A stretch of DNA of 64,000 nucleotides from Rubrobacter sp. (GTDB lineage: Bacteria > Actinomycetota > Rubrobacteria > Rubrobacterales > Rubrobacteraceae). Below the pieces are notes generated by a model, which saw only the letters and a program-made list of their open reading frames with translations, was not told where the DNA came from and searched no databases. Every line of letters begins with the position of its first letter. Position 1 is the stretch's first letter. This document shows positions 1 through 6,387 of this stretch, piece by piece. The stretch is from NCBI GenBank assembly GCA_035936475.1, contig DASYWA010000084.1:22930-86929 (forward strand). The letters are read 5' to 3'. The position numbers and the translations under genes were made by a program.

Positions 1-2
1 CG

Positions 3-659
3 GTGACGGAGCGCTGGACCGTCGCGCGCCACAGGGGGGCTGCACAAGCCGTGATCTCCTCATCGGGGCCCGCTTTCGTGCTCGACGCCGGGACGGGCAT
101 GTACCTCAACGCCGTGCTCCTCGACCTCCCGCTCGCGCCCAGGGTGCCGGAAGGGGTGAGGGCGAGGGCCGAGCGGGAGTCGGCCGGGGAGCCGAACCCG
201 AGGAGGTCTTCGAGGGAGAGGGAGCTTCGGCTGGTGGGCGCGGACGAACGCAGCTCCATCTGGTCCGGGGAAATGCGCTACCGGACAAGCCTCCTGTACG
301 TGCGCCCGCAGAGGCCCGCGCTCGACCGCGCCATAGCCTTGAGGTCCAGAAAGATAGCCAGGGAGGGCCTCGGGGAGGCGGAGGTCCTGCGGGAGATGGT
401 CGAGGCCGGAGAGGACGTGAACCCCTCCGTCGCCGGCGCCGTCGGCGTCAGGGAGCTCCTGGCCCACCTCTCCGGCCGCCTCACCCTGGCGCAGGCCGAG
501 GACCGCATCGCCGTCCGCACCCGGCAACTCGCCAGGCGGCAGACGCGGTGGTTCGACAAGCTCGCCCGCACCCTGGAGGGACGCGCGACGGTCTCCGTGG
601 TAGAGGGCCCTGGCGACCCCCGTGCATTACATACCATGCATGATACAATGTGGGCATGA
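3..659 (+). CDS. miaA: tRNA dimethylallyltransferase, 5'-partial (runs off window edge)
   Basis: GTGMY, NPRR..RE and TRQLARRQTRWF motifs; directly upstream of hflX, with ATGA overlap. Confidence 0.8.
   Translation: MTERWTVARHRGAAQAVISSSGPAFVLDAGTGMYLNAVLLDLPLAPRVPEGVRARAERESAGEPNPRRSSRERELRLVGADERSSIWSGEMRYRTSLLYVRPQRPALDRAIALRSRKIAREGLGEAEVLREMVEAGEDVNPSVAGAVGVRELLAHLSGRLTLAQAEDRIAVRTRQLARRQTRWFDKLARTLEGRATVSVVEGPGDPRALHTMHDTMWA
641..649 (+). promoter_or_regulatory. Extended -10 (TGaTACAAT) for a probably leaderless hflX transcript
   Basis: TACAAT at 644-649, 6 nt before ATG 656. Confidence 0.5.
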
Positions 660-1963
660 AGGAGAGCAGGGAAGAAGGGGTAGGGACCGAAGTCGGGGCC
701 GAAGCGCGGGGCTTGCTCGTGGGCGCGGGAGAGCCGCGCCACATGGGGGAGTTGGGCCGCCTGGCGACGACGCTCGGGATGGAGGTCGTCGGCGTGCTCG
801 AGCAGGGCCGCAGGGACAACGCGGGCTACGTCGGCCGGGGCAAGCGCGAGGAGTTGCGCGAGCTCGTCGAAGAGACGGGCGCGGACTTCGTCGTGACGGA
901 CGACGAGCTTACGGCGTCCCAGGCCAGGGTGCTTGAGCGGGCGGCCGGCGCCGTCGTCGTCGACAGGACGGAGCTGATCATCCGCATCTTCGAGGTGCAC
1001 GCCGGGGACGCGGCGAGCAGCCTCGAGGTCGAGCTTGCGGACCTCCAGTACCGGCTGCCGAGGGTGAAGGGCCGCAACCCCGAGCTCAGCCGCCTGGGCG
1101 GCGGTCGCGGCGGCGCCGGGGGCGGCGCGAGGCGCGGCAGCGGCGAGCAGCAGCTCGAGTACGACCGCCGCGTCATCCGCGGGCGCATAGACACGATAAA
1201 CCGCAAGCTCGAGCGCGAGAAGACCGGCAGGGAGGTGCGCGGCGCGCGCCTGAGGGAAAGTTCCACCCCGACCGTGGCCCTCGTCGGCTACACCAACGCC
1301 GGCAAGACGACCATCCTCAACGCCCTGAGCGGCGCCGGGAGGTCCACGAAGGACAGGCTCTTCGAGACGCTCGAGACCACCACGCGCCTCGTCGAAGGCG
1401 GCGCCACCGCCAATGGCGCCGTTGGCGGTGGCGCCCACCCGGATTTCGTGGTCACCGACACGGTGGGCTTCATAAGGAAGCTGCCGACCCAGCTCGTCCA
1501 CTCCTTCGCCTCGACCCTCGAGGCTGCCAACCAAGCGGACGTCAGGGTCCTCTGCGCCGACGCCTCGAGCCCCGAGCTCGAAGACGAGATAGCCACCGTC
1601 AGTCGCACGCTCGCCGACGGCACCGGGGACGGATCGGGTGGACCGCCAACGATACTCTGCCTCAACAAGATGGACCTCGTCTCAGAAGAACGGGCCAAGG
1701 AGATAGAGAGGCTCTACCCGGAGGCCGTCCGGATCAGCGCCCTCACGGACGCCGGCCCGCTCCTCGAAGCCATCTACGGTGCGATCTCCTCTGGCCGGGA
1801 GCGGATGGAGGTCCTGATACCCCACGAGGACTACGGTGCAGCCAGCCGCCTCTACGGCCTCGCCGACATCCACGCCCGCCGCGCGACGGACGAGGGCCTC
1901 TGGATGGACGTCAGCCTCCCGCGCGCCGCCGCTGCCAGGTACGCCGCCTACAAAACCCCCTGA
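656..1963 (+). CDS. hflX: GTPase HflX
   Basis: GYTNAGKT, DTVGFIRKLP, NKMD motifs; LEVELA coiled segment; ATG 656 overlaps miaA TGA. Confidence 0.95.
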   Translation: MKESREEGVGTEVGAEARGLLVGAGEPRHMGELGRLATTLGMEVVGVLEQGRRDNAGYVGRGKREELRELVEETGADFVVTDDELTASQARVLERAAGAVVVDRTELIIRIFEVHAGDAASSLEVELADLQYRLPRVKGRNPELSRLGGGRGGAGGGARRGSGEQQLEYDRRVIRGRIDTINRKLEREKTGREVRGARLRESSTPTVALVGYTNAGKTTILNALSGAGRSTKDRLFETLETTTRLVEGGATANGAVGGGAHPDFVVTDTVGFIRKLPTQLVHSFASTLEAANQADVRVLCADASSPELEDEIATVSRTLADGTGDGSGGPPTILCLNKMDLVSEERAKEIERLYPEAVRISALTDAGPLLEAIYGAISSGRERMEVLIPHEDYGAASRLYGLADIHARRATDEGLWMDVSLPRAAAARYAAYKTP

Positions 1964-1995
1964 ACCCACCTTTTATCACCACATAATACATCATC

Positions 1996-2787
1996 GTGGA
2001 CAAGGATACCCGGACAACTAAACTCCGCCTCTACCCGGAGCACCGCGCGCTGGCAGGTGAGGAGGGGATATACGGGGATCTTGAATTCCCGCCCCCCGAT
2101 TCCCACAAGCTCCCTTACGTGCTGATGAACATGGTCAGTTCTGTGGACGGGAGACCATCCGTCGGGGGAAGGGCCGCGGGCATAGGAAGCCGGACCGACA
2201 GAGAGGCGATGCGGGCGCTCAGGTCTCGCGTGGACGCCGTCATGGTCGGAGCCGGGACCCTGCGCGCAGAGAAGCTCAACCTCGGTCTCGACGATCCCGG
2301 CGACGAACAACCCCTCGCCGTGGTGGTCGCGGGCGCCGGGGGCTTGCCGATAAGAGAACGGCTCGTGGTCGGGCGTCAGCGCGTGATCGTCGCCGCGCCA
2401 GAAGGTTCGCGGCGCATCGCGGAGGAAGGCCACGAGGCAGGCGAAGTCTCCGTGAGGGTTATAGAAACCCCGGGCTCCGGTGGCGGCCGCGCGGACCTGA
2501 GGTGGCTCCTCGGAGTACTCAAGTCCGAATACGGCGTAGATCGCCTGCTGGTGGAAGGCGGCCCGACGCTCAACCGCTCCCTGATAGACGAGGGCTTGGT
2601 TCACGAGCTCTTCCTCACGATCGCCCCGAAGCTGCTCTTGGGCCCGGAGGCCTCCATCCTCTCCGCCGGCCAAAACAACGAACCATGTGGCAGCGGGCCA
2701 CGCGACTTGACGCTCATCGCTGCGCACTCCGCGGCAGATGAGATCTTCCTCAGGTATCGCTTCCAGCAACCTGGGCGCCGCCCCTGA
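1996..2787 (+). CDS. RibD C-terminal domain / pyrimidine reductase (DHFR-fold) family protein
   Basis: MVSSVDG, DAVMVGAGT, LLVEGGPTLN, ELFLTIAP motifs; CATAAT 8 nt upstream of GTG. Confidence 0.8.
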   Translation: MDKDTRTTKLRLYPEHRALAGEEGIYGDLEFPPPDSHKLPYVLMNMVSSVDGRPSVGGRAAGIGSRTDREAMRALRSRVDAVMVGAGTLRAEKLNLGLDDPGDEQPLAVVVAGAGGLPIRERLVVGRQRVIVAAPEGSRRIAEEGHEAGEVSVRVIETPGSGGGRADLRWLLGVLKSEYGVDRLLVEGGPTLNRSLIDEGLVHELFLTIAPKLLLGPEASILSAGQNNEPCGSGPRDLTLIAAHSAADEIFLRYRFQQPGRRP

Positions 2788-2801
2788 ACCCCCAACGCTC
2801 A

Positions 2802-2829
2802 ACTTCCGAGAATTCCCGTTATGCGAAGT
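2802..2829. other. dif-like recombination site (11-6-11 imperfect palindrome)
   Basis: ACTTCCGAGAA-TTCCCG-TTATGCGAAGT; left arm differs at 1 of 11 positions from B. subtilis dif arm ACTTCCTAGAA; right arm starts TTATG like XerD arms; arms complementary at 8/11. Confidence 0.55.
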
Positions 2830-2889
2830 TCGCATGGGTGAGGGAGGTTCGGCCGCCTCCAAGCTAAGGGAGCAACGTCACTCGTTTGG

Positions 2890-3096
2890 CTATCGCATAC
2901 CCTTTGGGCCACTGCTTCGGCCGCTGCCCAAGAAGTACACGTCTGCCCAAAACGTGGCGCCCATGGAACTAACAAGGTCGACCTGTTCTCTGGAGAGGGA
3001 CAAATTGTAGTCGTTCTCCGAATCGGCGTAGATCACGCACGCGAAGGTGACGAGGTGCTCATCAGCCAGCGCCCTTACCTTTTCGACGTATGGCAT
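2890..3096 (-). pseudogene. Small low-GC ORF, probably a 5'-truncated DUF4279-like protein
   Basis: C-terminal pattern NLSLSREQVDLVSSMGATFWADVY resembles DUF4279 C-termini (recognition only); frame is open upstream only to a TGA at ~3130. Confidence 0.4.
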
Positions 3097-3247
3097 TAGC
3101 CGTTCGATCTCGACCAGCGATTCGTTTTCTCAAGAACCGGTGAGTTGCGGAAGAAACGCCTATACCCTCCCTTTCTCTAGATTTTGTCCGCCTCTAAGCC
3201 TGTTTGAGAGTTGATCTGCTCAGGATCTGCCATAGTTGTGCAGGCTC

Positions 3248-4192
3248 CTATATCGGGAGGGTATTATACTGATATGCCTTGCTGGCCAGTTCCTCGGCGC
3301 GGCGGATGTAGCGCAGGGTGGTCTTGGGATCGGAGTGGCCGAGGAATTGCTGGATGACGAGGAGGGGCGCCTCGTTCACGGCCATGTTGGTGCCTACGGT
3401 GTGGCGGATGGAGTGCGGGCTTATGGGCTTGGTTATGCCGGCGGCGCGGACGTACTTTTTTACTATGTTCTGGACGGAGCGGGTCGTGAGGGGCTTGTCC
3501 TTGCCCACACGGGAGGTCAGGAGGGGCTTGCGGGCGTCCGTGTGGGAGTTGAGGGAGCGGCCTGAGAGGAGGACGTAGCGCTGGACGAGGCGCCAGAGGT
3601 CCGGTGAGATCGGGACGTTGCGGATCTTGTCTCCCTTGCCGAGCACGCGGAGCATGACCGCGTCGTTGCCGGTGTCCTTAAAATCGGAGAGCTTGAGCCC
3701 GACAACCTCGGCCTCGCGCAGGCCGCACCCGGCCATGACCGCGAGCAGGACGTAGTCGCGGTAGTTGTCCGAGCGGGCGGCGTTGAGCATGCGCTGGAGC
3801 TCGTCCTCGGTGAGCACGTTGTAGGCCGGGTCCTGGCGCACGCGCGGGCTCTTGGCGAAGAAGCGCAGGGCCTCCGGGTTGACGGTCGTCGCACCCGTCA
3901 TAAACGTGAAGATCAAAAACCTTCGGAGCACCGCGAGCTTCTTGGCCGCCGTCGCCGCAGCGTAGCTGCTTATCAGGTGCTCCCGGTACAGGGACACATC
4001 CTCCGCTGTCAACCCCGACAGGTCTTTCCCAAGCTCCCCCACCAGGTAGGCGACGAAGAGCCGGATCTCTGTATTATAGGTTTTTATAGTCTGGGGGCTG
4101 GTTAGGGTGCGGAGGTAGAGGGCGATTAGGCGGTCGGTCTCCGGGGAGGTCTTTGCGGGGAGGGCGGGGGCCGGGACCGGGAGGTCAGTCAT
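3248..4192 (-). CDS. Tyrosine recombinase (Xer/integrase family) with intact catalytic residues
   Basis: GLREAE (R), GKGDK (K), HSIRH (H-x-x-R), LGH, TTLRY (Y); N-terminal SAM-like domain; start overlaps apt stop (ATGACTGA). Confidence 0.93.
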   Translation of the reverse strand: MTDLPVPAPALPAKTSPETDRLIALYLRTLTSPQTIKTYNTEIRLFVAYLVGELGKDLSGLTAEDVSLYREHLISSYAAATAAKKLAVLRRFLIFTFMTGATTVNPEALRFFAKSPRVRQDPAYNVLTEDELQRMLNAARSDNYRDYVLLAVMAGCGLREAEVVGLKLSDFKDTGNDAVMLRVLGKGDKIRNVPISPDLWRLVQRYVLLSGRSLNSHTDARKPLLTSRVGKDKPLTTRSVQNIVKKYVRAAGITKPISPHSIRHTVGTNMAVNEAPLLVIQQFLGHSDPKTTLRYIRRAEELASKAYQYNTLPI

Positions 4193-4736
4193 CGGGGGTG
4201 GCGTAGGTTATCAGCGAGACGACCTCGTAGGGGGCGAGGCGGGAGCGGCCGTCTAGGTAGCCGAGCTCTATGAGGAAGGCGACGCCCGCGACCGTTCCGC
4301 CGGCGTTCTCGACGAGGTCGCACATGGCGCGGGCGGTGCCGCCGGTGGCGAGGAGGTCGTCGGCGACGAGGACGCGCGACCCCTCGCGGATGGAATCGGC
4401 GTGGGCCTCCAGGGTGTCGGTGCCGTACTCGAGGTCGTAGGTGGCGGAGATCGTCTTTCGGGGGAGCTTGTTCGGTTTGCGGGCGAGGACGAGACCCTTT
4501 TTTGCCCTGTAGGCCAGCGCGGTACCGAAGACGAAGCCGCGGGCCTCGGCCGAGAGGATGTGGTCGTAGCCGAGGTGCTCGGTGGCGGCGTGGAGGGCGT
4601 CCGTGGCGGCGTGGAGGGCGGGTCCGTCCTCTATTACGGGGGTTATGTCTTTGTAGGAGATGCCGGGTTTGGGGAAGTCTGGGACGGTGCGGATGCGGGA
4701 CCTGACCGTCTTCAGGGCGTCCTCGGGAGCGGGCAT
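4185..4736 (-). CDS. apt: Adenine phosphoribosyltransferase
   Basis: VPDFPKPGI.YKDITP, EARGF, LEYGTD, DDLLATGGT. Confidence 0.97.
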   Translation of the reverse strand: MPAPEDALKTVRSRIRTVPDFPKPGISYKDITPVIEDGPALHAATDALHAATEHLGYDHILSAEARGFVFGTALAYRAKKGLVLARKPNKLPRKTISATYDLEYGTDTLEAHADSIREGSRVLVADDLLATGGTARAMCDLVENAGGTVAGVAFLIELGYLDGRSRLAPYEVVSLITYATPDD

Positions 4737-4738
4737 CC

Positions 4739-5593
4739 TCAGGGGGCGAAGGAGTCTATCACGTTCGCCATCATCAGCTCCTTCATCCGGGAGTCGACGG
4801 AGGCGAGGTGGCGGGCCTTGTTCACGGCCTCCGCGACCCTTCCCTCGTCGCCGCTGCGCAGCTCGGGGTTTACCACCTGCTTAAAGAGGGCGGCCTCGCG
4901 GTCCACGGCGGCCATGATGCCGCGCAGGTGGCGGGGTTGGATCGAGTACTTCGCCATCTCGAGGGCCATGCGCGCGATCTCGGCGTCTCGCTGGGTGAGC
5001 TCGCCGGTGCGCCCGATCACGCCGACCGTCACGAGCTCGTCGACGAAGCGGCTGTCCGTCTCCAAAGTGTCGGCGAGCTCCTCGCGGGTGTAGGTCCTGT
5101 CCTCCAGCACGCGGGAGAGGTCGTTCGCCGAGTCGCCGCCGGTGGAGATACCGCCGCCGCCCTCGATGCGCTTCTTGATCACCTTGAGCGGCAGGTACTC
5201 TTTGTCCTGGAGGGTGAGGATGTACTTTAGGAGCTCGATGTCCTGGCCCGAGAAGAGCCGGTAGCCGCCGCGGGTGCGAGTCAGGTTGATCAGGCGCCGG
5301 CGCTCGAGGTACCGGATCTTGCTGACGGACAGCGTCGGGAACTCGGGCCTCAGACGCTCCACGACCTCGCCTATGGTGTAGCTGTCCTTGGACCCTCCCC
5401 TCCCCCGCATCCCCTGGCCCGACTCGGGGGCCGGTTCGGGGATCGGTTCGTGGGCCGCCAGGCCCCCCGTCGCCTCGTCTTCGGGGGGCACGTTGTCCCC
5501 CCGCGCGGGGATCGGGGCGTCCCCCATGGGATCGTTCCACCTTCTCTGGTTTACGTCTCCGCTCTCCATGGGGTTCGCTCCCATCCTCTCCAT
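4739..5593 (-). CDS. MerR-family transcriptional regulator (FtsR-like)
   Basis: YTIGEVV...VSKIRYLE...RTRGGYRLFS HTH; downstream of GarA-like FHA gene, as in the actinobacterial garA-ftsR cluster. Confidence 0.85.
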   Translation of the reverse strand: MERMGANPMESGDVNQRRWNDPMGDAPIPARGDNVPPEDEATGGLAAHEPIPEPAPESGQGMRGRGGSKDSYTIGEVVERLRPEFPTLSVSKIRYLERRRLINLTRTRGGYRLFSGQDIELLKYILTLQDKEYLPLKVIKKRIEGGGGISTGGDSANDLSRVLEDRTYTREELADTLETDSRFVDELVTVGVIGRTGELTQRDAEIARMALEMAKYSIQPRHLRGIMAAVDREAALFKQVVNPELRSGDEGRVAEAVNKARHLASVDSRMKELMMANVIDSFAP

Positions 5594-5641
5594 CGCGCTC
5601 GGTGCCGCGCACGCCGCCCCCGGGTCTTCCCGAGGCCCTCT

Positions 5642-6097
5642 TTAGGCGAGCACGAACCTGAACCGGTACTTTCCTACCTGTATCTCGTCCCCGTTGCGCA
5701 GGTCCACGGAGTCCACCCTTACCCTGTTGACGTAGGTGCCGTTGAGGCTGCCCACGTCCCGGATCAGGAACCCCCGCTCCCCGCGCAGGATCTCGGCGTG
5801 CTTGCGGGAAACGGTTACGTCGTCCAGGAAGATGCTGCTCTCCTGGCCGCGGCCGACGGTGACGACCTCATCGTCTATGTCGTGCATGCGCCGACCGGCC
5901 GTGCCCTCGACCTGATCCAGCTCGATCAGGGAGGCGACCCCCGTCTCCACGGCGGCGAGCGCGTGCCCCTCCGCCTCCTCGCCGAAGCTCGGCGCGAAGG
6001 AGACCGTGCTCTGGCCGGCGTCGAGCTTCATGCCGCACTCGGCGCAGAACCTCATCTTGGGCGAGATCTCGGCCGCGCAGTTCGGGCAGACCATCAC
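5642..6097 (-). CDS. Zinc-ribbon + FHA domain protein (GarA/OdhI-like)
   Basis: CPNC..CAEC; GR..ESSIFLDDVTVSRKHA; GSLNGTYVN; QVGKYRF. Confidence 0.9.
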   Translation of the reverse strand: MMVCPNCAAEISPKMRFCAECGMKLDAGQSTVSFAPSFGEEAEGHALAAVETGVASLIELDQVEGTAGRRMHDIDDEVVTVGRGQESSIFLDDVTVSRKHAEILRGERGFLIRDVGSLNGTYVNRVRVDSVDLRNGDEIQVGKYRFRFVLA

Positions 6098-6348
6098 CTC
6101 GCCCCCTCCTCCCCGACCAACACCCGCGCGAGCTCCTCGGCCGTCAAGGCGGCCAGGCCCCGCCCGGCGAGCTCTGCCCGGATCAGGTTCGCCCTGCCCC
6201 GCAGGAGCTCGTGCCGGTACGCCGCCAACCGCTCCTCCTCGTAGACGCGCGCCAGAAGCCCCCGGAGCTCGGGCTCGGGGAGGGCAGTGAGGTCATCGGC
6301 AGACTCCCAATCGAAGCCGCCGGACGGCGTTAGGCGCTGGTCAGACAC
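6094..6348 (-). CDS. rsiG: Single-domain RsiG-like (anti-sigma-WhiG) coiled-coil protein with degenerate c-di-GMP motif
   Basis: DLTALPEPELRGLL..EEER..YR..LL.GR..LIRAEL pattern of the RsiG family; TATACT 7 nt upstream of GTG. Confidence 0.7.
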   Translation of the reverse strand: MSDQRLTPSGGFDWESADDLTALPEPELRGLLARVYEEERLAAYRHELLRGRANLIRAELAGRGLAALTAEELARVLVGEEGAR

Positions 6349-6387
6349 AGGAGCTAGTATAGCGGAGTCTCAACCTGAAGCGCAATG

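Noticed and set aside
623-642. TGCAT-N8-ATGCA inverted repeat upstream of the hflX -10
   Set aside because: Only 5-bp arms, inside miaA coding sequence, matching no operator I recognise
3248-4192. Recombinase as part of a prophage or ICE
   Set aside because: No tRNA target, direct-repeat att pair, excisionase, replication or conjugation genes; flanked by core genes
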